DNA of 64,000 nt, taken from Vicugna vicugna (taxonomy: Eukaryota). The position numbers and the translations under genes are program-made. Shown here in pieces: positions 12,540 to 24,633 of the stretch; position 1 is the stretch's first letter, and every line of letters begins with the position of its first letter. Below the pieces are notes generated by a model. That model searched no databases. It was given only the letters and a program-made list of their open reading frames with translations, and was not told the origin of the DNA. The stretch is taken from positions 4,524,093 to 4,588,092 of the forward strand of contig MU058687.1 of assembly GCA_013265495.1 (NCBI GenBank), given 5' to 3'.

Positions 12540-14620
12540 TAATTAGATGGAGACAATTCCAAAAGATAACAAAATTAAAAAATGCCTAGGAATTTATTTA
12601 ACAAGATGTAAAAACCCAATATATATTTTTTAAACTATAGAAATAAATAAACAATATCTGGCCAAATGAAAGACCAGCTATGGCCTTGCGTGGGATGACT
12701 TAAGATCAAAGTGATCCCCCCACTGCAATTCCACATAAAACCTCGTGCTGGTGGCTTTCTGATGACCCAGAGTGATCTTCAGGTTCATATGAAAGAATTG
12801 ATGTCTGAGAGTAGCCCAAAGAAATTTAAGAAAGAAGATCGTGAGGAAGGACTACACTTTATAATTCCAATATAACAATCATTGTAGTAGAAAAAAAATA
12901 ATAATGTAGTTCTGGCATAGAAATGGGCAATTAGATTGAAAGAAGAGAAGAGTAACCCATAAATAGTCCCCAGTATACACAGGAATTTAACTGCTTCCAA
13001 AGCTGTTATCGCAATTTAGTGGAGAGATCGAAAGTGTTTATTTGACAAATGGTAGAAGGACAACCCACCATCCGTATGGAAGAAATCCATATGGGTATCT
13101 GTCTCACTTCATAAATAAAAATAAATTCTTAATGAATTAGCGACGTAAAGTTTTTTTTTTAAATACCAAAATGTTGGAAGAAAATGTGTACTATATGTAC
13201 AACCTAGTGATTGGTTGAAACATTTCTAACCCAAACAGGAATCCCAGATGCTGTAATATAAAAAGAAAATAGTCAACATATAAGTGTTTTAAAGGAAAAG
13301 TTATAGTAAAAGATTCCAGCAACACTTTCAGTATGTAAATGATATGTTTGGGAAAGGTTTTAAGGAAATAAGTCCATTGGGATCACAAGAGGTTGTAACC
13401 AAGAACCCAAATAACTGTGCTGAAAAAAGTGTCCTAATCTTTTCCACGTAGGAAGTCAGCAGGTAAGCAATCCAGAGTTCATACAGCAACTCCATGCAGT
13501 AATCGCTAAGCAGCTGTTGTGACCAGGGGCTGTCATCCTCACCTTTGTTACTTTATGTTCACTGAAAAGCTGTTGTACCTTCAGTACTAGATCCAAATTC
13601 TAGGAAGGAAACAGTAGGAAGAGTGAAAGCAAAAAGTATACATACCAGGTAAGTTTGCACCTCTTTAAAGAAATTACCCAAAAGTCTCACCCTAAGATGT
13701 CAGCTTCTGTCACCGTAACTCTGTCTATCCCAGCTGTGAAAGGGAGACTGGTTAATGCAGTTTGTTTTGTTGTTGTTTTTGTTTCTGTAACCTGGGCATA
13801 TTCCAGCCTTAACTTTAGCGTTCTTTTATGGGGAGAAAAGCAGTAATAATTCTGTTTAGGTGGTGAGCAGTGAAGATAGATTATACATAGAATTTTTGCA
13901 AATTGATAGCTAAAAAACCCAGTAGACGAATGGGCGATGAATATGAATAAACACCTTACAGAAGAAAGCATTCTGATGGCCTTTAAACCTATGAAAAGCT
14001 GTCTGATCTCCTTAGGGATCAAAGAATGGCAAATTTAAGTAACAATGAAATATCACTTTGTATTCACCCGATTGGCATACATTTAAAAGTGTGCTGATTC
14101 CTCCTGCTGTTTAAAATGCAGGAAAAATTTAAATTATTACAGTTTTATTTTTAAAACATAGGTGACTTTTGCATGGCAATTTCTGTTACAATTAAAATAC
14201 ATAATACCATTTGCCTCAGGAATCCTAATTTTGAGAATCTATCTCATAGAAATAAAAATACTGGTATCCAAGTATATACACATAGGATTTTTCTGCAGTA
14301 TTTTTTTATAGTGTTTAAAAAGAGGAAGTGTTAAGTAAATGTTCATTAATAGGGAAATGGAATTGTTGAGTGAATTATAATAAGTTCCTATTAGAGACTG
14401 TTAAACACAGTCGTTTAGAAGAATGAACTTGATCTATCTTGGTCTAAACCATGTGACTTAGAGGAATTTCCACAATGTATCGTTAAGTGAGGAAACAGAA
14501 TTATAATAGGGAGAGATAAGAATAAAACAAGTTGTTAATCAGGGTTGCCGAGAGAGAGTAGAAGGGAAATTTGGAATGTGGAAGAGGAAAAGAAATCCAA
14601 TTTTAGATATGTGCATAAAT
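12540..14620 (+). mobile_element. Old L1M (L1ME-like) 3' portion, split by an LTR
   Basis: L1 ORF2 3' and 3'UTR-like tracts, e.g. aaatgcctaggaatttatttaacaaga and aaaaacccagtagacgaatgggcgatgaatatgaataaacac. Confidence 0.75.
13370..13830. mobile_element. MaLR (MLT1-like) LTR inserted in the L1
   Basis: MLT1J/K-like sequence (ggaagtcagcaggtaagcaatccagagttc...cagctgtgaaagggagactgg) interrupts the L1. Confidence 0.5.
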
Positions 14621-15013
14621 AAAATAACTTAGAATTCATCTTAAGAAAAAAAAGAGAGAGCTAAAGGAAGGAAGAGAACTGGGTACAAGTCCAGTGTAGG
14701 ATAAAGAACAGAAGATTGAGAATTCACTTGGAGCTGCTCTTGATTAAATGTCACCACCAATTCTTTTAAGAGGAGAATTTATAAACTTGTAAAGAATTCA
14801 CTGTATGTGCCTTATATTCTGTTTAATATAAAAGTGAACAGTAAGCTGTCTAGAGTTCTCCTTTATAATAAATTTAAAAAATCTAATTTAAAAAATATAT
14901 TTATTTTTTATAAAGTGGTAAATCTGTATGTTTTCTCACTTAAGAAAATAACGCATACCCCTAACGGATACTGAGGACTACATGCTACCTCATCACTCCA
15001 ATGCATGACTTAC

Positions 15014-15350
15014 GTACTTGAAAAGTGTAGGCTACTTCAGAGTAAGAAAGAGTCAGCCCTCCTCCTAACTGAGTCCCAGAATTTCCCCAGCCATCCGATT
15101 CCCAAGCCCAGAGCTTTGGCTTCTGGGCTGTGTTGCTGGCAGTGAGGAAGTGGGATGGCGTGTTGTTTGAATCACAGTGCATCTCTGTTTCCTGGCTAAG
15201 TTACAAAACAATGCTGTAGTCGTGAAACTGAATGTCATCAGCACACATTTGTGGCATGCACAGAGCATGCAGACACTGTAGCAGCGTGCTAGGCAAGCGG
15301 ATGATTGCATTTAGAAGAGGTGTTGCTGCTGCCTTTAAGAAGTTTACCAA
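15014..15350 (-). pseudogene. Fossil exon: start of repeat C
   Basis: ttgtttcccttcag| ... |gtaagt; 337 nt in one frame with a single stop. VNFL~VDFL; TLLQCLHA~TLLHVWHS; YSIVL*LSQETE~YVLKLDTEAQ; FLTAS~FLQNS. Confidence 0.7.
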
Positions 15351-16923
15351 CTGAAGGGAAACAAAAACAAAAAACAACCAAACAGAAAGCAACCTAGTGG
15401 ATTTTCCATTAAGACAGTTACGTGGTTTTCTTTTGAGCTCAGCTCAGGGCTTTGCACATTTTAAGGACTCAGTAATATCAGATGGTTGAATGAATAAACA
15501 GTCATATTAACAGGGACTGGACTGTTACAGCCGTTCCTAACCAGTACTTTTACCCTTTGCCTCACTCCACTCTACTCAGCTAAATGCAAGTTGGATCATG
15601 TGGCCCCCTTACTTGTACTCATAGTTTCCAGTTAGCTTTAGGAATCAGAAAGAAGCACTGAATCTGAACCTGAAATTGGGCCTTCCTGAGTCTGCTTGAT
15701 GTTTTAAATAAACTGAATTAGAAGGCCTGTAAGTGAAGCACACTGACTAGTTTTCCCACAGGACACCCGTAGCCCACAGTGTTGAGCTGTCCATCCCTCA
15801 GCTACACACTAAACTCCTCCGTGGGGTGGACCAGGCCCCCTCCACTCTGCCCCTTGCTTGCCAGTTCAGTCTCCAGTGCTGCCATTTGGCCGCGTGCAGC
15901 CAGCTCCCAGGCCGTGCAGGGTTCTTTTCTGCTTCCCGCGTAGTCTGCGCTCCTCCAGTCCTTAGAAACTTCGCTTGTGCTAATTCTTTGGACTGAGTTG
16001 CTTATTGTGCTCCATAAACCTACTGAACTCCAGTCTGTCCTTTTACATTCAGTTAAAATGCCACTGCCTTCATGATGCCTTTTTGAAACATATCTGGAAC
16101 AAGTTAAGTATATGCTTTTTTCTTATTCCATCTATATATCAATTGTGGCACTTTTCATATTGATAGGAAAACTTGCTTACTTATCTGACTCTTGGCTGAG
16201 AAAGATGGAATACTGTCTTTGTATCCCTTTGGTCTTTCCTTGGCTTTGTCACAAGATTCCTGTAATGGTGTTTATTGACTGACTAATGGATTAATGGTTG
16301 GGTGGATAGATGGACTGGCTGATAAATGAAGAAATAAAATATTAAGTGAAATAGGGATTATTATAGTCCCCCCCAAAAAAAGAAAGTGGAAAGTTACTAT
16401 TGAATTAGCTCTAGAGAAGAATATTTTTTAATTAAGACTTTTGTAGGATAAGATGAAGGTGAGGATGACTTCTGTATTATTTTATCTTTGGAAATGGAGT
16501 TAAAATTTGTAAACAGGGTGGATTTTGGGGACAGAAAGTGCTACATAACTACAGCATACTTATTTATTATCCTCTAAAATAGTCCCTTTCTTTGGCATGT
16601 TTAAAACCTGAAGTCTGGTTGGTGTTATAAATATGCATGAGCTGTTGGGGGAAGAGAGCATAAAGTGTGAATCACACTTCAAACAGACCCACCAGCTCAC
16701 TCTTGACTTCAAGCTTTTCAGAAGTGTGAAATGAAAATGGTTTTAAAATTAGAAAATGTGCCATCAGAACTTTTATCAGCCCTCAGAGAAAATAAATAAT
16801 CTCTTTAAATGTGGGGAATGCTGGGGATATTTATTTAGTTAGTTTCACAGTTAAGATGCTTTGATAAGTTTCTGTGTCATAAAATGCACAAATTAATTTT
16901 AATGAATGTGGGGGAAAAAATAC

Positions 16924-18616
16924 CTTCTAAAACAGCCTTGGGTATCCGATGCTGTAATCTAGGGTTTCTGAGGGATTGTTTAAGCTTAATCTACGAGCAA
17001 ATTGTTTCGCTGGAGAAAAACTCTCGCAGGTGTCTTTTCCTTCTGATAGATTTACATTTGCCAAGTGATCTTGCAGCATCTGAGTGGGTGAATTCTGGGA
17101 AGAGACACTTGGTTCTTAAATTGCTAAATTGTAACAACAAAAATGAGAGGAAAGTAGTATAGTTAGCTGTTTTGTTTGTGGTAAATGGGCTTATTATCAG
17201 CGTTATTGTCAATTTTTTAGGCATGTCAAGATTGAACTGAGTGTGAACAAAGGGGAAAATCATAATGAAAGATTAGGTAAAGGATGTTGGGGATCCTTAT
17301 TTTTATCACCAGTGTTTAAGGAATAGCCCATCATTTCCAGAAACCATGTAATCAAAAAAAATGGTTATTTGTGCTCTGTATAAAGTGTCATACAAGTCCA
17401 GTAATTGAGAGCAAGGACAAAGAGAGGGGCACTTTGTGACTGTGATCTGAACCTTTGGTACATCAGCATCACCTCTTGGGCCAGGTACAACCCAGACTGC
17501 TGGGCCCCACTCCCAGGGTTCCCAGTGCAGTAAGTCTGGGGACCAGGTAGGAGAATTTGTGTTTCTAAGAAGTTCCCGGGTGAAATGGATGCTTCTAATC
17601 TAGGGACCTCATGCACTTAGAAAGACACTGTTGTGTTACAATACTTAGATAAGATTAACGAAAAGAAATCTGCTGTGTGATGATTATTTGTGGTTAAATG
17701 CTGGGCTCATTTTATAAAACTTAAGTGTCTTAGTGAGTTTTTTCTTTTTTAAAAATTGGATGATAATGCCATTTTATTAACCTATTTTTGTGAAGGTTGA
17801 AATTCTACTATATTCACTGTTCATCTTAACTGCCGTACTTTTCTGAGGCAACATGGGACAGGCATTATTTTAAAGGAACAGAAAAGCAGTATTTATTTTC
17901 ATAAAATTATGTAGCGTCTTGACTGAGTTGTAGTTTTTGTCACTAACTTATTGCTATTATTTGAAACACACCCGTGATTTTTTTCTCCATGTATCAGATC
18001 AAGAGTCACTCTGAATGGATGAAAGCTGATTTAAATAGATGCTGTGAGATCCTGTCCTTGGGAATGTAGTAAAGTTCAGGAAAAACTGTAAGACAGCCTC
18101 GTCTCTTAGGGGTAGGCGTACATTCAAGGGCATGTCTTTTATCGACGTCTCTCCAAAACACACGTGTTTTGACCATACCACACACTGGAAATCAGGGGGT
18201 AAAATGACTTTATTCGGTGCTGTGAATGTCATTAAGTTAGCAGCCTTCTGCCAGGTCATTAATCTTTGCCCAGGTCCAAACTGCTTCAGCGATTTCCTAC
18301 CACTCAGTGTTTTCCTCGGTGAAGGACCCTCCCAACACCAGTCCTCTGGCTTCGTTCTGCTTACTCTCTACCAAAAGGAAAGCTTTCTCTGAGTAGCTGC
18401 TCCCAAAATGAGGCCGGTGGAAAGAGTTAACAGGTGAAGAGACCCGTCTGCGGGCTCTGTTCTCTTCTTTCACTCACCAGTTGTACCTCTTACAGCGCAG
18501 GCTTGTCTTCATACCAAAAGGATGTATTTTTTTCTGATTTCATAAGTTTTATTCTGGCAGACCTGATGCTGTTCATTCTTAAGTATCTTCAGAGATGCTT
18601 ATCAGATCCCAGGCTC
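16924..18616 (-). pseudogene. Fossil exon(s): TAGT glycosyltransferase module of repeat B, interrupted by MER5A
   Basis: Candidate acceptor at 18616 and donor aag|gtattt at 16924. NVRLPLRDE..TTFPRTGSH ~ SMRLPLVTD..TFTPTTGRH (ORF 17999..18259); I*PQIIITQQ ~ IWPFIVISDD (~17660-17700); FVHTQFNLD ~ HVHNFIILNVD; EGKDTCESFSPAKQF ~ DSKHTFLAAPAQLL. The 5' boundary is uncertain. Confidence 0.7.
17436..17630. mobile_element. MER5A (hAT-Charlie MITE)
   Basis: catcagcatcacct...gggccccactcccag...aagttcccgggtga...agaaagacactg. Confidence 0.8.
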
Positions 18617-18841
18617 CTGAATAAGCCATACACAAAGGGCAAGGAAACAAACAAAAATCCTCTCTCTGACTCTTTTCTGGGACCAAGATTATTCAGTGTT
18701 AATGCAACTGTCTCACTGCCTTTTCTTGTTCTCTTCCAAAACATGCAGATTTGAGTTGCATCATTAACTTTGCTTGGAGAGAGTGTGTTAGTATTATTTT
18801 TTTTAATAAGCACTGATGCCACTGCTGAGATTTGTGTCAGG

Positions 18842-19003
18842 CAGTGGTCCTCAGAATGTGATCCGGGAACCAACAGCGCTGGCAAATTCTCAGGCCTCGT
18901 CAGACCGACTGAGTGAGACACTCTGAGGCAGGGGCCTCGCAATTTACACTTGAACCAGCCTTTCAGGTGGGTTTCATGTGCACTGAAGTTTGACAACAAC
19001 CAG
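18842..19003. mobile_element. MER5A/MER5A1 MITE
   Basis: cagtggtcctcagaatgtgatccgggaaccaacagc...aagtttgacaacaaccag. Confidence 0.75.
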
Positions 19004-19613
19004 TTTACAGATTTGGAAAGATAGGCAGGACTGGGTGGAAAACGTGGCGGCGTCTGGTTCTCTTAATGTTTGCTGTTCATCTGTCCTTGACTGAAATTGG
19101 TGTCTGCATGAGACAGTTTTATTTGGCTGCTGTGAGTAAATGGCAGCTTGGCAGGGGTGAAGGGGACACCTAGAGAACGCTGTGCACACATGCTCTGTTC
19201 CCTCAAACTCTACACTCCAGACTTTATTCTAAGCTCCTGCACCGGGTAATTCCCCTCAGGAGGGGAGCTAGCTGCTGGTTCTCCCAAGCCCCCAGCCACA
19301 GCTCCCATTGCACTCCATTCTGCTTCACCCTCAGTCAGTGCCCCTGACCATTTAAGGCTCATCCTTTCTAATAGTGGGAGGTATTTAGTCCAAACAGTGC
19401 AATCCAGGTTTGCTTTCTCTCCCCTTCCAGCAAAACTCGTAGAGTGCTACAATAGCCTGTGTCTGTCCCAGACCACCATTATAAAAGTAATAATAAATTG
19501 CCTCGCTTGCTCTAGGTTTTCTTTCAGGCTCAAAATGTGTTTTTCAGCTCATGGGGTATTGATTGTGTATTATCAGTTTAGCTCTCACACTGACAATTAC
19601 ATGTAGCGCCAAG

Positions 19614-19649
19614 GTAGCCGTGACAGTGCAGCCCCGTTGCCATAGCAAT
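19614..19649. promoter_or_regulatory. Candidate RFX X-box pair
   Basis: GTTGCCATAGCAAT at 19636-19649 is one mismatch from GTTGCCATAGCAAC. A degenerate GTAGCCGTGACAGT lies at 19614-19627. Both sit in non-repetitive sequence. Confidence 0.45.
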
Positions 19650-21920
19650 GAAAGAAGGCCTATTGCTGCTACCCACAGCCTGCTCTGTAGTGATAATCGT
19701 GCTGCTCATTTCATTTTAATTGAAATTTGAAATCATAGTCTCTGGGAAGAAATAAATGGACTCTCTCCCCATTTTTCCCCCGACCACATAAATAATGAGC
19801 ACAAATCGGAAATGCTTGAGCATTTTCTTAAAGGTAAATGTCACTGTTTTTAAAAGTATGTTTTCCAGCACTTTCATGAGTACCAGAAACAGATCAAGGA
19901 TAGTATTTTGCTGAATAAAAATTAAATTAGCTCTTATGTTTTTGCATTCTTAATAGTCACCTATTATTTCTCTAAGTCTCTAAGAGTCTCATCTTAACGG
20001 CCTACCCTGCACAGTGCACCTTACATGGTACAATCTTTAATGAATATACTTGCTGAATTTAATTACACCTAAAAACTCACAGCAGATAGCATATTTTAAA
20101 ATTAGCATCTTAGGGCACTGTGGAAGCTTTTAAATAATTGAAAAAATTGACAATATTAATAAATATTCCATCACATTCTATGCCAGTTCTTCTTCTACTA
20201 TGCCTCCAATCTAAATATTTATGTGGCAGCAGGATTATATACTACACTTACACATGATCTATAGTGCTATGTGGAGCAGAGAGAGAGAGAGAGACTTTGT
20301 GAAGTGTAGTTAGGAACAAAAAGTTTCTTTGTCATCAGACATTCCAAAAAGCAATACAAATCTAATATGAAGAACAAAGCAAACAGCTGTCAAATGAAAA
20401 GAATAGAAAATAGCAACTATAAAATATATATATATAAATATGATATCCCAAACTGTTTTTTGAAAGTATGTACTTGATCTAAAGTGAATATGTCAGTGGA
20501 AGACTGGGTCAAATACTAGATTCCACTTTGACCTTATGACCTTTATCAAACATGTTCTTTCCCTAATCGGGTATCTTTGATAATAATGATAATAGTATCA
20601 ATAATAATACTCCTCTTGTTTTATTTTTCTCAGATCCTTTTTGAAAACTTAAAATCACAGCTAGATAGCTCCTACCTCATTTTCGCTCACTTTCAGTCCT
20701 TTTCTGAGTGAAGTCAGGTGATTTCCCTTGTCCCAGTACAAAGTTTTGTTTTCCTGGATCACCTGGAGGGTGTAATAGGTATTTAGGATAGACAGCTATG
20801 GTGCTGGGTGAAGGTTTAACCAAGGGAGTAAGAAATCTAAGGTCTCCCCTTAAAGAAATGACTATGAAATGAAGACTTATTTTTTTATGTCATGACCCCA
20901 GAAAATGTGCATTTACATTACCATAGGTACGTACAGTGCTGGAGGATCTTATGTGAAAAGCATCTCAATCATGGATTCCAACGTTCAGCTTTTAGAAGGA
21001 ATAACATGACTTAGAAATTAGATAGCCCCCTCTTCTTTGAAGATGGAGACATTTTTGATTGGTTTGGTTATGATACAAAAGAGAAGATGCTTCCACTGAT
21101 ATTTTCAATCTTTGCTGTTATGCTTATTTATAATCATGGTCTTCCATATAATTATGACATTGATAAAATGATCAATATAGTGTTTATTTATTTGTTTATT
21201 CACTTACTGATAATTATTGACTACCTACAATATGTGAAGGCAAAAATATCCTAAGTGCTAAGACAAAGCTTGGAATAAGACATACACTGTCCCTACTTCC
21301 ACAGAACCTGTTCTGGTAGGCTTCCATGTGAGACAGGTAATTGTACAATAAATTATTTAAGTTAAAGTATGATGAGGAGAAATAATAGATTCTACAAGAG
21401 ACCTCTGAAAATTTACTACAAAATTGTTTAGTGTCGTCCAATAAATTTATTCATCACTGAAATATAGTATTATTGATTAAATCAATTGCTAAATGGGAAG
21501 TGACTTTGAAAAACATTCACTACAAATAGAGGTGTAAAGAAAAATCTGAATCATATTAAGACAGGAGAGTATTGCTGTATAAGCAGACAAAATACTATAA
21601 AAATCTGCATGTGAATCCTGCCATGTGTTAGATTTAAGTGCATATTTTTAAGATATGATTATTTATTATTTTGCCCAGAACACATTTTCCTTTTTTCTAT
21701 CCTTAATTCTAATCATTTTGGATTTTGTTGAACTTAAAATCTGTCTGATTCATTTGGGCTTAAATAATTGAAATTATTAGCAAAAACTCATTAATATGAT
21801 TAAAGCATCAGCTCCACTCCCCAGTAATTAAGTTGTCCCTGTGTGTTTTAGCAATAATCGTAGTAGAATTTGCCCAACCATATCTTCCTCTGTCCCCTCC
21901 TTGCCTTGATCCTCACGTAC

Positions 21921-22429
21921 CTTCGTGGCTCTTTGCATCATGTTTGGACTTTTCTTCCAATATGTCTTCATTCAGCTGTCACATTGTTGAAAAGAAGGCC
22001 CAAACCCTGTGTGAACGCCACAGCAGCAAGTAAAATGTCACACGCCCCCCAGATGCTCAGTAAACGTTAGAAGTGGGAAATTTTGATTATATTCTCTTTA
22101 AACAGTCTCTGGTTACTTAAGTTAGTAAGTCTGACATCTCAGAGTTAAACCCTTTCAAAATTCCATCCGAGTTCTCAGTGGGACCAATTCTAGTCAATAA
22201 CCACAGCCCTGGTAAGCGGTCCCTTTCCTGCTCTGTGCTTCCATGATGGCTATGCCTCTCACCACCAAAGCTCAACCTACTGCCTGCAGTGGCTTCCTGT
22301 TTATTAACTTTTTTCTTTTTACTTTTCCTAGCTGGTAGGCCCTCTTCATGAAGCCTCATGAGAGATGAAAGAATTGCAGCTGAAAACTTCTAACCTCAAA
22401 GTTGACTTCCATAGTCTAGCCTGGCATGT
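21921..22429 (-). pseudogene. Fossil exon of repeat B (DYG to YQLYES region; Walker A missing)
   Basis: tttacagacag| ... gaag|gtacgt. HARLDYGSQL*G ~ PSHMDYGNRAEG; FSAAILSSLMRLHE ~ FLSVLSRMLVRLTE; RI*SKFPTSNVY ~ RMRLSKYAAYNTY; GFGPSFQQCDS ~ GFHPRYQLYES. Confidence 0.8.
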
Positions 22430-23344
22430 CTGTCTGTAAACAAATCTAGAACCCACCAAAGGTTTTGAAGCCATTACTAGCAGTTTGTCTTAGGTGATAG
22501 TAACCAAGAAGAAAATCAAGGCTTGGGGACCAGAGAGAGTCCCTAAGTTCAGGATAATATCAAAGCAGCCAGAACAGTAGGGGTGGTGAGAGATGTGGGC
22601 TTCTCTTTGCTAGCAACCCTGCCAACCTGCCTTCCACACAGAAGCGCCTCTCTGTTTCAGGCTCCAAATCCTCGAAGACAGACAGTCTTTAATGAAGTGT
22701 CAAAGAATTGATTAGGAGAGCTTCTGCAATACAAGCTCATTGATGAAACCGTTTTGGCAGTCTGGATGATATAATTAGCCCAAACAAGATATGAAATCTG
22801 TAGCGTTTGGGGCTGTAGTCCAGTAATTTTTAATTTTGTAATTAAAAAAGAGACAAGGAAAGGAAACAGCAAGAGAAGATGATTTATGCTTGTCTATGAC
22901 AACATGGAGGAAAAAGTTTCCAAGATAACATTTGCCAGATATGGATCATAGCTTTAGGTTTTCTGTTATCCTTCTCAGAGAATATCATTTAGGATGCCTG
23001 TGTTATCTCTACCTTTATGAAATCTGGCACTCTACCAATACTGTCTCTGTTGGAAGCAGAGGCATTCCTCAATCCAATGTATTCATGTGTTCCAGTTTCA
23101 TCATAGACATTCATTTAAGGACCATTTTCCTACACATGCTGACCTGAGTTTTCTGGAGGACAATAGAAGAGAAAATTTGAATAATATGGGACCTAAGTCT
23201 TAACTAATGGCTAGAGCCCAAAGAAAAGGGTATAGTAATGAATGGCTGATGGTAACTATCAAAGAAAGATGTCATCCTTACGACTTCACTGTTCATGCTA
23301 TAACATTTATTTTCCTATTAAGAACAGTTCTTCATTGACAATTC

Positions 23345-23464
23345 ATGGGGGGAGGTTATTTATTTATTTGTTTGCTTGTTTGTTTTTAAAGGAAGTACTG
23401 GGGATTGAACCCAGGACCTCGTGCATTCTAAGCATGTGCTCAACCACTGAGCTATACCCTTCCC
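23345..23464 (-). mobile_element. Camelid vic-1-like tRNA-derived SINE
   Basis: Minus strand gggaagggtatagctcagtggttgagcacatgcttagaatgcacgaggtcctgggttcaatccccagtac (A and B boxes), an A-rich tail, and TSD tca(t/a)tgacaattc at 23332-23344 and 23469-23481. Confidence 0.8.
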
Positions 23465-24239
23465 GTCATCAATGACAATTCTTAATGTATACTGCTCCCC
23501 AGATTCCCCTAGTCTTTTTGCTTTTATTGTGTATGGAAAGATGATATGGGTAGTTAAGGGAATTGAACAAATATTTTGGCTTATTTCTATATACTCTCAA
23601 GTTTTTGTAGTATTTGTGTCGATATAGTGGTACTGTATTGTTGTTGACAATTTTGTCATCTCAGGATATTTTACAGAGGTAAGCTCACACCGTCAACTTG
23701 TTTATAAAGGATTTCATCATCTTAAGAGGTGATTACATTATTATTATTAGTGTCTCTTAAGTATCATTTTCATCATAGTTCTAAAAGGCTCATTTCTCAG
23801 GTGGAAATACTGATACTGAGGAAATTTGCTGCGACTGTCTCATGATGAGACACTCACTCACTCACTGGGTGTCTTCTGCCAACTTCTTCATGTGTAATCC
23901 TGGATTCTTGCAGGTTCATGAGAGTTTAGGAGTTATTAATCCAATTGCTTTTAATAAAGACTGTCCTAAGAGGTATATGTGGTGAAACAGTCTTATTTTA
24001 AAAGATTCGGGGAGAGAATATTTCAGAAACCTCTACTTTATTATCTCAACAATTTTATTCTTGGGGATTTCTCCTATAATTAGTTTAATTTTTTATTTGA
24101 TCCTATTTTACATATGAGAATCTTATTTCTTCTTTTTAGTATTCTGTTTTCTAGGTGCAAAAAAGCACTTTCATTTTTATTTTCTGACACTTCTCTAAAA
24201 TCACCTTAAACTTTCTCCCTGCATACTGCTTTGAAATGA

Positions 24240-24462
24240 GCTGGAGCCACACTGCCTGAGTTGACGCCTAACCCTACAGTTTAATGTCTGTCTGATCTTG
24301 AGAAGTTATTTAACCTCTTGGTTCCTGTGTAGAGTGGGTTAATAATAGTACATACCTCATGGAGTTTCTGGGAGAATAAAATGTGCTAATATAATACATG
24401 TGAAGTATTTAGAATAATATCTGGCTGGCATATATTAAGCACTCAGTAGATGTTAGCTATTC
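24240..24462 (+). mobile_element. MIR SINE
   Basis: ggagccacactgcctgagtt...aagttatttaacctct...taagcactcagtagatgttagctatt. Confidence 0.8.
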
Positions 24463-24633
24463 TGTTTTACTCCATTCCATTTCTGTAGTTTAATGTGAAA
24501 TCAGTAAACCTGCCAGTAAATAATTCTACCAGGATGCCATAGGTGTTACCTGAACAACAACAAAGAAAGCTTCTTACTTAAAAAACATTTGGTAAACATA
24601 GGATGATAAACACATTTCAAAATTTTGCCTTAC

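Noticed and set aside
16924..17123. A separate 200-nt exon starting repeat C (tttag| at 17123)
   Set aside because: It aligns about equally well to the C-terminal part of the repeat-B TAGT module, which is collinear with the upstream sequence. I left it merged, but the assignment is ambiguous.
23392..23464. tRNA gene
   Set aside because: It has an A-rich tail and a TSD, so it is a SINE head.
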